From Clostridia bacterium (GTDB lineage Bacteria; Bacillota; Clostridia; Christensenellales; UBA1242), in assembly GCA_045654505.1 (NCBI GenBank), contig JAZONM010000007.1:50704-114703 (forward strand): a DNA stretch of 64,000 nucleotides, written 5' to 3'. Every line of letters begins with the position of its first letter. Position 1 is the first letter of the stretch. Shown in pieces: positions 35,316-44,271 of the stretch. Position numbers and translations under genes: made by a program. The notes under the pieces were generated by a model, which saw only the letters and a list, made by a program, of their open reading frames with translations, was not told where the DNA came from and did no database searches.

Positions 35316-35831
35316 ATGGAAGAAGAAAATATTCAAGTTGTTACCAATTCTGCACCACCTGCAATATTAGCAACACAAGCAAAATACGACCGCTTCGGAA
35401 GAATATTTTACAATATGGCGCTGACCAGTCTTACTCTAGACCTTATTGCTCTATTATCCATGGTATTGGGCCCAATAATGTTGCTTTTTGCAATAGTAGT
35501 TTTGTTTTTAGCTGTGGCCGCAATGGTTGTGTTTACATTTGGTACAGTATTGCTAAATGCTGGTAATCCAGCTTCAAGATTGTGGTCACTTCTCGGAAGT
35601 ATTATGGATTCTGCAGACGGAATAAATACTTTTGTAGGTTTTTGTGTCGAAATGACAAAGTGGATTTCTATCCTAGGACTTGTTGCGTCAATCTGCTCAA
35701 TAGTATTTATTTCACTAAACAACAGTAAAGGCAAAACTGGGAAATTGGTGTTTCTAATTATCAATATTGTTGTTCTAGCGATTGTGCTTATACTACATCT
35801 TGCTTCGGGAGGTCAATTATGGCAAAACTAG
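35316..35831 (+). CDS. Hypothetical polytopic membrane protein (first gene of a 3-gene operon)
   Basis: ORF 35304..35831 starts at a TTG lying inside the RBS GGAGGG, so I prefer ATG 35316 (MEEENIQ...). About 4 TM helices. Extended -10 TGATATACT lies upstream. Confidence 0.6.
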   Translation: MEEENIQVVTNSAPPAILATQAKYDRFGRIFYNMALTSLTLDLIALLSMVLGPIMLLFAIVVLFLAVAAMVVFTFGTVLLNAGNPASRLWSLLGSIMDSADGINTFVGFCVEMTKWISILGLVASICSIVFISLNNSKGKTGKLVFLIINIVVLAIVLILHLASGGQLWQN

Positions 35832-36319
35832 ATTTAGAATTTGTTGGCTTTGAAAATGCATTGGACTGCATAGCAATTGATGGCGAAATTGTAAAGCTAA
35901 AACGAACAAGAAAAAAGACACGTATCTGTACACTAGAAATGAAAAACAACAACACTGAAATAGTAGCATACAAAACACATTACTACACAAGTAAAAATTG
36001 GTTTTGGTGGAATTTCCTATATTATATTGTCAGTTTCTTTGGACTTTTTGACATAAAACAAACAAAAAAATGTCTAGTTCAGGATGCTAAAATCAATATA
36101 TCGTCTGAAAATGATGCCAATGCTATCATATCACGTGTAAACTTTACTGATGGTGGAAAATTATTGGAAGTAGAGACTCAAGCAAAAGTAGAAGAAATCT
36201 CAAATATCCAATACAACGACAAAGATGCTAGAAAAAAACATTTGAAAATGAAAAAAATAAAAACAGCAACAACCATAGCAGTGGCAGTCTTGACTGTATT
36301 ATTGATTGTTTTCTTATAA
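35819..36319 (+). CDS. Hypothetical membrane protein (central and C-terminal TM segments)
   Basis: 166 aa with RBS GGGAGG and a 13-nt overlap with the upstream gene. TM segments are WFWWNFLYYIVSFFGLF and TIAVAVLTVLLIVFL. Confidence 0.55.
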   Translation: MAKLDLEFVGFENALDCIAIDGEIVKLKRTRKKTRICTLEMKNNNTEIVAYKTHYYTSKNWFWWNFLYYIVSFFGLFDIKQTKKCLVQDAKINISSENDANAIISRVNFTDGGKLLEVETQAKVEEISNIQYNDKDARKKHLKMKKIKTATTIAVAVLTVLLIVFL

Positions 36320-36331
36320 AAGGAGTAATAT

Positions 36332-36826
36332 ATGAAAGTATTTATCAAAAATAAATTGATATCCATAGGCGGAGGCTCTGAGGTCTACAATGAAAATCAA
36401 GAGCAAATATACAAAGTAAAAGGAAAATTCTTTACACTAACTAAAAAGAAAAGAATGTATGACATGCAAGGAAATCTTCTATACACAATCCGTAACAAAT
36501 ACTGGAGGCTTGCTTCGGACTATGTCTACGTATATGACGCCGAGGGCGATCGTGTAGCAACCATCAAAAAAGGTAGATGGGGATTTAAAGATGATTATCA
36601 AATCATAGATACAGAAGACGAAATGATGATAGATGGTAGAATCTTTGGCGTGGAAAGCTACATAATGAAAAATGGACAAAGAGCAGGCAAAATAACTCGA
36701 AACATCTCAATCATCAAAGATGCATTTACTCTTGAAGCTGACGAGAAAGAAATTCCTTTCTTCACAGCATTGGTAATTGCATTTGACAATATGGTGGACA
36801 AAAGAGAAAAAGATAAATTAAAATAA
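36332..36826 (+). CDS. YxjI / LURP-one-related (DUF567, tubby/scramblase-like fold) family protein
   Basis: 164 aa with RBS AAGGAG. MKVFIKNKLISIGGGSEVYNENQEQIYKVKGKFFTLTKKKRMYDMQGNLLYTIRNK follows the YxjI-family repeat pattern as I recall it. Confidence 0.6.
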   Translation: MKVFIKNKLISIGGGSEVYNENQEQIYKVKGKFFTLTKKKRMYDMQGNLLYTIRNKYWRLASDYVYVYDAEGDRVATIKKGRWGFKDDYQIIDTEDEMMIDGRIFGVESYIMKNGQRAGKITRNISIIKDAFTLEADEKEIPFFTALVIAFDNMVDKREKDKLK

Positions 36827-36829
36827 AGA

Positions 36830-36858
36830 AAAGCACTCAGATGAGTGCTTTTTATTTT
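36830..36858 (+). terminator. Rho-independent terminator of the 3-gene operon
   Basis: agcactca-gat-tgagtgct hairpin plus a T-run. Confidence 0.8.
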
Positions 36859-36926
36859 TGCACAAAACAAATTTAAATCTTTTTCAACTTATATTATATT
36901 TTGCTATAATAACTATGAGGTTATTT

Positions 36927-37427
36927 ATGGGACTGATTAAAAATATATTTACATTTCCATTCCGACTGAATGAAAAACACAAAACAAATAAATATCTAAA
37001 AAGTATTAAACTGTCGCAAATAGACAGTCTTAATGGTTATGACTTTGAAGAGTATATAGCTACTCTTTTTGAGTCATGTGGTTTTAAATGTGATAAGACA
37101 CCAAAGAGCAAAGATAATGGCGTGGATATTATAGCCACAAAAAATAATATTAAGATTGCAATACAGACAAAACTATATTACAATCGCAAGGTAGGAAATA
37201 AAGCAATACAAGAAGTCTATACTGGCTCAAAATTTCACAACTGTAATATACCTATGGTGGTTACAAATTCGTTTTTCTCAGAACCTGCAAAAACCGTCGG
37301 CGCGTCATTAAGCGTGGTGCTTTTTGACAGAAACGTGCTCGAAAAAGTCATAAACTCAAACAGTAACGACAAAAAATACATATTTGATAATGTTATATAC
37401 AATTATTTAATAAAGTCACAAAAATAA
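36927..37427 (+). CDS. Restriction-endonuclease-like (Mrr_cat domain) protein
   Basis: ORF 36858..37427; I prefer ATG 36927 (a TATAAT at 36905-36910 and an RBS GAGG lie upstream). GYDFEEYIATLFESCGF...DNGVDIIA...IAIQTKLY matches the Mrr-type D-(x)n-Q-x-K nuclease core. Confidence 0.65.
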   Translation: MGLIKNIFTFPFRLNEKHKTNKYLKSIKLSQIDSLNGYDFEEYIATLFESCGFKCDKTPKSKDNGVDIIATKNNIKIAIQTKLYYNRKVGNKAIQEVYTGSKFHNCNIPMVVTNSFFSEPAKTVGASLSVVLFDRNVLEKVINSNSNDKKYIFDNVIYNYLIKSQK

Positions 37428-37514
37428 TGTTTTTCAGATTTTACTGTATTGCAATACACAAAATACTTCGACCAAACTTATAAATCACGAAACAAAACCA
37501 ATCTAATTAAGGAA

Positions 37515-37549
37515 TAAAAAACACCTCCAATAGCAGGAGGTGTTTTTTA
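37515..37549. terminator. Bidirectional terminator between the Mrr-cat gene and tex
   Basis: acacctcc-(7 nt)-ggaggtgt hairpin flanked by A5 and T6 runs. Confidence 0.85.
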
Positions 37550-37552
37550 TGA

Positions 37553-39730
37553 TTAGTTTTGCATTGATGCGACTTCTTCTTCACTTGGACAATCTTTGAT
37601 TGTAAGAGAAATACGTTTTTTAGCAGTATCTACTTCAAGCACTTTTACACGTACTCGATCACCTACTTTCAATACTTCACTTGGATGCTTGATATATTCT
37701 TTTGTGATTTGTGAAATATGAACAAGACCATCTTGGTGCACTGATATATCTACAAAAACACCAAAGTCAACTACATTGCGCACAACCCCATCAAGTATCA
37801 TACCTGCTTTCAAGTTTTCGATGCCAAGAAGTTCACTTTTTAATACTGGTTTTGGAAGCCCATCACGAACATCACGACCTGGTTTTACAAGTTCGGTTAT
37901 TATATCCTCAAGAGTAGGTACACCAATATTGATGCTTTCGGCTACTTTATTGATACCTGCTTCAGCTACCATTCTAGGAAGAAGGGCAAGATTGCCATTG
38001 ATTATGTCTTGTCTTGTAAGACCAAAGTATTTCAATAATCTTTGCACTGCAGGATAACTTTCTGGGTGAACTCCAGTATTGTCAAGGACATTTTCTCCAT
38101 TAGGGATACGCAAGAAGCCTGCACATTGCTCGTATGCTTTTGCACCAAGTTTTGGTACCTTCTTTAATTCTTCACGGGTTTTGATAAACCCATTTTCTTG
38201 ACGATATTTTTCAATATTGGTCGCAACACCAGAATTTAATCCCGATACATAAGTAAGAAGAGATGGACTTGCGGTATTTACGTCGACACCTACACTATTA
38301 ACACAGTCTTCGACTACCCCTTCAAGCACTTCTGTAAGGCGATTTTGAGGCATGTCATGTTGGTATTGTCCGACACCAATAGATTTTACATCGATTTTGA
38401 TAAGTTCGGCAAGCGGGTCTTGAAGACGACGCGCAATAGAAACAGCACTACGAAGTGCAACATCGAAATCAGGAAATTCTTTTGCACCAAGTTTGCTCGC
38501 ACTATATACAGACGCTCCAGCCTCGTTTACTACAGCATAACTTACCTTTCTTTTAAGTTTCGGAAGTAGATTAGCAACAAATATTTCACTTTCTTTTGTA
38601 GCTGTACCATTTCCAATTGAAATAACATCAACTTTATTTTTCTCTATCAAATGAGTAAGTTTTAGTTCAGCCTCTTCTATTTTACTTTGAGGAGGTGTAG
38701 GATATACCACTGTAGTATCCAATACATTTCCACAGTCGTCGATAACAGCTATCTTACAGCCAGTACGATATGCAGGGTCAAGTCCAAGTATTACTTTACC
38801 TTTTAGAGGCGGTTGCATAAGCAAAGGTTTTAGATTCAATTCGTAAATCTTAATTGCTTGTTCGTTGGCTTTGTCGGTAAGTTCGTTTCGTATTTCGCGT
38901 TCGATACTGCTAAATATCAATCTATCATACGCATCTTTACTTACCTCTTGTAACAATTCTTCAAAAGGAGAACTTTTCTTGATAAATTTCTTATAAATAG
39001 CACTTAATGCCAATTCTTCATTTAATTCAATGTTTACTTTCAAACAGTCTTCCTTTTCACCACGATTGATAGCAAGTATGCGGTGAGATGGAAGTTTTGC
39101 AATAGGGGAAGAAAACTCTTTATATGTTTCATATACATAATTTCCCTCTTTCTCAAGAAGTGCTGTTTTCATTTCTCCTTTATTAAACAACATATCTCTA
39201 AGTTGTTTTCTAAGTTCGGCATTATCCGAAATCATTTCCGCGATAATATCTTTTGCTCCATAAATCGCTTCTTCGATTGTGTTTACTTGTTTTTCACTGT
39301 CAATATAATTTTTAGCTTCTTCATTTAAATCAAATGGTTTTTGTTCCAAAATCTTTTCAGCAAGCGGTTTTAATCCTTTTGCAATAGCGACAGAGGCACG
39401 TGTTTTACGTTTTGGTCGGAAAGGACGATATATATCCTCTACCTCAGTCATTGTGTCCGCTTCTTCAATCGCTTTTGCAATATCCTCAGTCATATTGCCT
39501 TGCTCATCTATAAGTTTGTATACTTCTTCTTTGCGTTTTGTAAGATTTCGAAGATACTTTAGTCGATCATCAAAAAGACGTAATGTTTGGTCGTCACAAC
39601 TACCTGTAAGTTCTTTTCTATAACGCGCAATAAAAGGGATTGTGCATCCTTCATCCAATAAATCAATAATATTTTGCACGTGATTTAGAGTCATGTTTAA
39701 TTCAAGACTAAGTTGTTTTGTAATGTCCAT
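37553..39730 (-). CDS. tex: Tex-like transcription accessory protein (S1 RNA-binding domain protein)
   Basis: 725 aa. N-terminal IPFIARYRKE motif, YqgF/HhH central region and a C-terminal S1 domain (GVVRNVVDFGVFVDI...). Confidence 0.9.
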   Translation of the reverse strand: MDITKQLSLELNMTLNHVQNIIDLLDEGCTIPFIARYRKELTGSCDDQTLRLFDDRLKYLRNLTKRKEEVYKLIDEQGNMTEDIAKAIEEADTMTEVEDIYRPFRPKRKTRASVAIAKGLKPLAEKILEQKPFDLNEEAKNYIDSEKQVNTIEEAIYGAKDIIAEMISDNAELRKQLRDMLFNKGEMKTALLEKEGNYVYETYKEFSSPIAKLPSHRILAINRGEKEDCLKVNIELNEELALSAIYKKFIKKSSPFEELLQEVSKDAYDRLIFSSIEREIRNELTDKANEQAIKIYELNLKPLLMQPPLKGKVILGLDPAYRTGCKIAVIDDCGNVLDTTVVYPTPPQSKIEEAELKLTHLIEKNKVDVISIGNGTATKESEIFVANLLPKLKRKVSYAVVNEAGASVYSASKLGAKEFPDFDVALRSAVSIARRLQDPLAELIKIDVKSIGVGQYQHDMPQNRLTEVLEGVVEDCVNSVGVDVNTASPSLLTYVSGLNSGVATNIEKYRQENGFIKTREELKKVPKLGAKAYEQCAGFLRIPNGENVLDNTGVHPESYPAVQRLLKYFGLTRQDIINGNLALLPRMVAEAGINKVAESINIGVPTLEDIITELVKPGRDVRDGLPKPVLKSELLGIENLKAGMILDGVVRNVVDFGVFVDISVHQDGLVHISQITKEYIKHPSEVLKVGDRVRVKVLEVDTAKKRISLTIKDCPSEEEVASMQN

Positions 39731-39949
39731 TATTTTTCCTTCTTTGTTTCTTTAGAGTATTTGGTTTTCACCTAAGATATATTCTATCATATCTAGAAAA
39801 ATTTAGCAAAGATAAAGGGCTTTGTAAAGTCATTTTCTTTTTATTTTGCCTACAAACATCAAGTCTACAAATGTCGCAAGGGAAAAATTTCCAAATCACA
39901 ATATCAATCACAAAAACATAATTTACCTTTTTATAATATATAATAAAGT

Positions 39950-40738
39950 ATGAGAAAATATTTTAAGATGTTTTTAAAACTCGCCCTGTCTCTAGGTGTT
40001 GTTTTTTTAATAGTCGGGCTGATATACTGGATATTGTTTTCGACAGGAACTTTAGACAAAATTGATTCTGTCACAGATCTAAAGCAAACAATCCAAGGTT
40101 TTGGTATTTGGAGTAGATTGTTTTTTCTGATATTACAGTTTTTGCAAGTCACATTTATCCCACTACCCTCCGCACTCACAAGCATTGCCGGCACAATACT
40201 TTTTGGACCTCTTCAATCATTTTTGCTAAGCATAACCGGTATTTTTCTTGGATCTCTTCTAGCATTTCACCTTGGTCGAAAGTGGGGAAAACCTCTTGCG
40301 CGCTGGATTGCAGGAGAATCCTACCAAAAACTTGAGGAGAATCTAACCAAAGGAAAATACATGTTCTTTCTAATGTTGCTTTTCCCGTTTTTTCCTGACG
40401 ACATGTTGTGTCTTATGGCGGGCGCAACAAACATGACGTATCGATTTTTTATATATTCTGTATTGATTGCACGTCCAATATCACTTTTCTTTCTATGTTT
40501 TATGGGAAGTGGTCAAGTGATACCTTTCAATGGATGGGGCATACCGGTGTGGTGTCTCCTTGTAATATGTCTCGGAACACTTATGATACTTTCCATCAAA
40601 AAACAAAAGGAAATAGAATCTTTACTCAATAAAATCAATAATAAAATAAAAATTCAGCAAAACAATCGTGCCATCAAAAAATTAGCCATCAAAGAAAAGA
40701 AAAATAAAGAAAACAAAGAAAAAATCAATATCGATTGA
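39950..40738 (+). CDS. TVP38/TMEM64 (DedA-related) family membrane protein
   Basis: 262 aa. QVTFIPLPSALTSIAGTILFGP and FPFFPDDMLCLMAG are typical of the family. It has a Lys-rich C-terminal tail. Confidence 0.75.
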   Translation: MRKYFKMFLKLALSLGVVFLIVGLIYWILFSTGTLDKIDSVTDLKQTIQGFGIWSRLFFLILQFLQVTFIPLPSALTSIAGTILFGPLQSFLLSITGIFLGSLLAFHLGRKWGKPLARWIAGESYQKLEENLTKGKYMFFLMLLFPFFPDDMLCLMAGATNMTYRFFIYSVLIARPISLFFLCFMGSGQVIPFNGWGIPVWCLLVICLGTLMILSIKKQKEIESLLNKINNKIKIQQNNRAIKKLAIKEKKNKENKEKINID

Positions 40739-40751
40739 TATTGATTTTTTT
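40721..40751 (+). terminator. Rho-independent terminator overlapping the stop codon
   Basis: tcaatatc-gatt-gatattga hairpin plus a T7 run. Confidence 0.8.
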
Positions 40752-40847
40752 GTATTATTAACACTTTTTATGACATCAAAAACAAAAATTGACACATGCT
40801 CAATGTATTGTTGTTTAGATAAATATAGAAGATTGCACCTGTATTTT

Positions 40848-41660
40848 CTAATCTATATTATTTTGACGTTTTGCCTGAATGATTGTTTGTTTCATAAGAC
40901 TTGAAATTGTCATTGGCCCTACGCCGCCTGGTACTGGAGTGTATGCGCTAGAAATCTCAAAAGCTTCTGGGTCGACGTCTCCCACATTGCCAGCATTGTA
41001 TCCAGCGTCGACAATCACAACCCCTTCCTTCAACCACTCTTTCTTAATATAATGAGGTTTTCCAATACAAATAACAACAATATCCGCAATAGACAAATGC
41101 GCTTGCAAATTTTGTGTCTTTGAGTGACAAACAGTAACAGTTGCATTCTCATTTAGAAGCATGCGCGCAACTGGTTTTCCAACAATTTCACTTCTGCCGA
41201 CAACAACCGCGTGTTTGCCTTGAATTTCCACACCATAATGTTTTAGAATATCGATAATACCATATGCGGTGGAAGAATAGTGACAACTAGCCTTACTTAA
41301 TCCATCCACGTCTTTTTCAGGCAAGATTTTATTAAATATCTTCGCTTCATTTAAATGTTTTGGAAGCGGATGCTGAATCAAAATACCATATACGTCAGGA
41401 TCTGCATTTAGTCGCTCAACTTCGGCAATAACTTCTTCTTCTGACGCATCCTCAGCAATTTCGATTTTTTCACCGACAATCCCAACTCTCTCGCAAGCAC
41501 GCACTTTCATGCCCACGTACGTAACTGACGGTGGAAAACTTCCCACAATAATTGTCGCAAGACGTGGTGCAATGCCTTGCTCTTTTAGACGAGACACCTC
41601 GTCACGCATTTTGATTTCGTTTTCTTTGGCAAGTTTTTTACCATCCAATACAAGCGCCAT
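40848..41660 (-). CDS. folD: Bifunctional methylenetetrahydrofolate dehydrogenase/cyclohydrolase FolD
   Basis: ORF 40848..41693; I prefer ATG 41660 (MALVLDGKKLA, RBS GGAGA). It contains VGRSEIVGKPVA and TPVPGGVGPMT. Confidence 0.92.
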   Translation of the reverse strand: MALVLDGKKLAKENEIKMRDEVSRLKEQGIAPRLATIIVGSFPPSVTYVGMKVRACERVGIVGEKIEIAEDASEEEVIAEVERLNADPDVYGILIQHPLPKHLNEAKIFNKILPEKDVDGLSKASCHYSSTAYGIIDILKHYGVEIQGKHAVVVGRSEIVGKPVARMLLNENATVTVCHSKTQNLQAHLSIADIVVICIGKPHYIKKEWLKEGVVIVDAGYNAGNVGDVDPEAFEISSAYTPVPGGVGPMTISSLMKQTIIQAKRQNNID

Positions 41661-41748
41661 ATGTATCTCCATTGATTTTTTTAATTTTATCACAGATGGA
41701 GAAAATAACCTAATTTATATTAGATGATTTTTGACACTCTTTGAGACA

Positions 41749-42651
41749 CTATTTTTTAAAGAAAAATGAGAAAGGGCGAGTATATCTTTTTTTACTCATT
41801 ACGGAGAGTTTGTTGGCTTCATCAAGTGCCACTCGTGGGACTTCTTTGTTTTTTTCATAAATCTCAGGAAGATATTCCACTCCTATTGGGTGAGGCCAAT
41901 TGACATTCCCCACTTCAATTGTATAAGCAGGCACACCAAGGGTTCGGCTAACCCAGTCAGAATATCCACCCGTCGAATTGACCGTACGAATTATCTCATA
42001 ACCTGTTACGTCACGCAATTTTTCGGCTATTGCAAAATCGCGACTCAATTGTGCTGGGGATAATCCAGTAAAGCCGTAATATATAACTTCACCCTTTGTA
42101 TGATAAGATATCGTAATATTGGGTTGGTTTTTGAGAGTAAACTCACGCAAAACGTTTACTTCTCTCTCACTATTCGGATAATAACCCACAAAATTGGCAG
42201 GCGCAGGACAAAATACGTTTTGACTGCCACCTCCCCAGTCCGCATCAAAATTTACATTCAGGTCCACACCATTAGCATTGGCTTTCCACTGCGAAAAGTC
42301 GGGGTTGTTTTCATTTATATACTCAAGATAATGCTTTAATTGAGGACACTTAATATCACGTGTTCCGTCAAGCACAAGTCGCACACCGTCAGGATTGGTC
42401 AGTGGAATAAAATACATTCCACCATCTATTCTTTGCGTTGAGTAGTACTTTACTTGTTCTACAATAAGCAAAGATGTTATGTACTCTCTCGCATGAATGC
42501 TGCCTTCTACTAGGAGTTGGTTTCCATCATAACTACCAAGATGCACACCATATATAGGGGCACCGAGCAAACTATATCCTACCGTAAAAAAATCCACATT
42601 AGGAAGTCGATTTAGAGCATAAATTTGCTCTTGCAATTCTGCAAATGTCAT
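41749..42651 (-). CDS. M14-family zinc carboxypeptidase (gamma-D-glutamyl-meso-DAP peptidase-like)
   Basis: 300 aa with the HxxE zinc motif in GSIHAREYITS and an M14-like layout. Confidence 0.7.
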   Translation of the reverse strand: MTFAELQEQIYALNRLPNVDFFTVGYSLLGAPIYGVHLGSYDGNQLLVEGSIHAREYITSLLIVEQVKYYSTQRIDGGMYFIPLTNPDGVRLVLDGTRDIKCPQLKHYLEYINENNPDFSQWKANANGVDLNVNFDADWGGGSQNVFCPAPANFVGYYPNSEREVNVLREFTLKNQPNITISYHTKGEVIYYGFTGLSPAQLSRDFAIAEKLRDVTGYEIIRTVNSTGGYSDWVSRTLGVPAYTIEVGNVNWPHPIGVEYLPEIYEKNKEVPRVALDEANKLSVMSKKRYTRPFSFFFKK

Positions 42652-42750
42652 ATATCACCTCAAATTTTACTTTATAGTGTATATATGAAAACCTTTTTGT
42701 GAATGTGTGTAAAAAAAAGACCTTACTGATTTATCCAATCAACAAAGTCC

Positions 42751-43158
42751 TCAATAATCATAATCCTCGCTGTTTTTATATCTTTCATAGCGATTGTAAT
42801 CAATATAACACTCTAGCAAACAATATATTATGATGCCGGGATACATGACTGCGGTATATCCGTCCCAAAGTTTTGCACCCCAGATAGCAAAATAAAGAAG
42901 ATTTGCCATGATAAAGGCACCGAAAGCAATTAAATAAACTGCACTAAATACAATAATAAAATTTAGAAATTTTGAATAACGCCTCTTATTGATTCGTTTT
43001 ATGGAGATAGGAACAAACGCAAAAACAAAACACAGGATAGTCGCAGCTATTACCCAACACGATTCAATATTAAAATCCAGAAGTTCTATCACAAACCCAC
43101 TCACGAAAAAGCCGATTCCGAGGGTTATGAAGATAATGTAATATAATTTTTTTCCCAT
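42751..43158 (-). CDS. Hypothetical membrane protein (4 TM)
   Basis: ORF 42751..43194; I prefer ATG 43158 (MGKKLYY) because AAAGGTGGGAAG lies upstream. Confidence 0.55.
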   Translation of the reverse strand: MGKKLYYIIFITLGIGFFVSGFVIELLDFNIESCWVIAATILCFVFAFVPISIKRINKRRYSKFLNFIIVFSAVYLIAFGAFIMANLLYFAIWGAKLWDGYTAVMYPGIIIYCLLECYIDYNRYERYKNSEDYDY

Positions 43159-43263
43159 CTTCCCACCTTTAAGAGTATACCACACAAATGTCATTTACAA
43201 AAACTGTTTTTGCTCCAATTGACGCAATTTAAAACACGCCAAAACTTATCAAAAGTGGAGAGT

Positions 43264-43776
43264 TTACTTGCTGCGAATATAATCAAACACTTTTGGAGCA
43301 AGCGACAAAAACCAAACTGCATAATTTTGTGGGTTTTGTATCATGTCTTTTTCCAATTGGTCAATATCCACCCATTTCATTTCACTTACTTCGTCCAAAT
43401 TTATCTCATAATCACCTTGCCACTCTCCTACTATCACATGGTCATATTCGTATTCATAAAGATTTTCATTAAATTTATGAAAATAGACGAAAGAAAAAAT
43501 CTCATGCAAACTGTCGGTTTTTATCCCCACTTCTTCCATAAGGCGTATTTTAGCATCAGCTATTATGGCATTTGTCCTTGGGTGGCTACAACACGTATTT
43601 GCCCAAAGTCCGCCCGAATGATATTTATGAGACGCACGTTTTTGAATAAGGATTTTGTTATCGTGATACAACACAACCGAAAAAGCTCTATGAAGTACTC
43701 CTTTTTCATGGGCGCTCTTTTTATCAATTCTGCCTGTCTCATTATCCGAAAAATCCACGCATATCAAATCTCTCAT
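43264..43776 (-). CDS. idi: Isopentenyl-diphosphate delta-isomerase, type 1 (Nudix)
   Basis: 170 aa. HEKGVLHRAFSVVLY, KRASHKYHSGGLWANTCCSHP and EEVG are type 1 IDI hallmarks. Confidence 0.85.
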   Translation of the reverse strand: MRDLICVDFSDNETGRIDKKSAHEKGVLHRAFSVVLYHDNKILIQKRASHKYHSGGLWANTCCSHPRTNAIIADAKIRLMEEVGIKTDSLHEIFSFVYFHKFNENLYEYEYDHVIVGEWQGDYEINLDEVSEMKWVDIDQLEKDMIQNPQNYAVWFLSLAPKVFDYIRSK

Positions 43777-43874
43777 TTTTTTCCTCTACCTGCCTGCTCT
43801 ACCAATATCAATCACACACACTAGTATAACACCCAATATCACTTATTGCTATTCATTTGCACCACAGAAAAGAA

Positions 43875-43912
43875 TAAAAAAATAGCGAAAATACATTTTT
43901 CGCTATTTTTCT
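43875..43912 (-). terminator. Rho-independent terminator of the 71-aa membrane protein gene
   Basis: atagcgaaa-(7 nt)-tttcgctat hairpin flanked by A- and T-runs. Confidence 0.75.
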
Positions 43913-43941
43913 ATAAAAGTGTGTAATTTGTTTTTATGTAA

Positions 43942-44157
43942 CTATGCCAAGAAAACGATATCTCTTGAAACAATCATTGTTACAAGGTCTACTATGTAGA
44001 ATAGTGGGCAAAGAACGAAGTTTAGGATAGCGCCCAAGATATTGCCTCTTTGAACACGAGATACAATACCACATATTACGCTTGTGAATGGAATAATAGC
44101 CAAAATCAAGCATACTACCCAATCCAAACCAAAATATCTTTTTGCAGCTTTTGCCAT
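43942..44157 (-). CDS. Small hypothetical membrane protein (71 aa, 2 TM)
   Basis: Strong RBS AAGGAG and two hydrophobic helices. Confidence 0.6.
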   Translation of the reverse strand: MAKAAKRYFGLDWVVCLILAIIPFTSVICGIVSRVQRGNILGAILNFVLCPLFYIVDLVTMIVSRDIVFLA

Positions 44158-44271
44158 ATCAAATACTCCTTTTTCAATGTTTTAAGCGTATATTAGCTTA
44201 TTTATATTATATAAATTAAAGCCAAAATCTACAAATATTTTATTACATTTTTTTCAAATTTAGAACATTTT

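Noticed and set aside
37456-37467. Perfect 12-bp palindrome GTATTGCAATAC just after the Mrr-cat gene
   Set aside because: It is a single isolated palindrome with no loop and no partner site. That is insufficient to call an operator or recognition site.
43210-43824. 204-aa plus-strand ORF
   Set aside because: It is antisense to the well-supported idi gene (43264..43776). It has no family resemblance and its start lies in the preceding intergenic region without an RBS.
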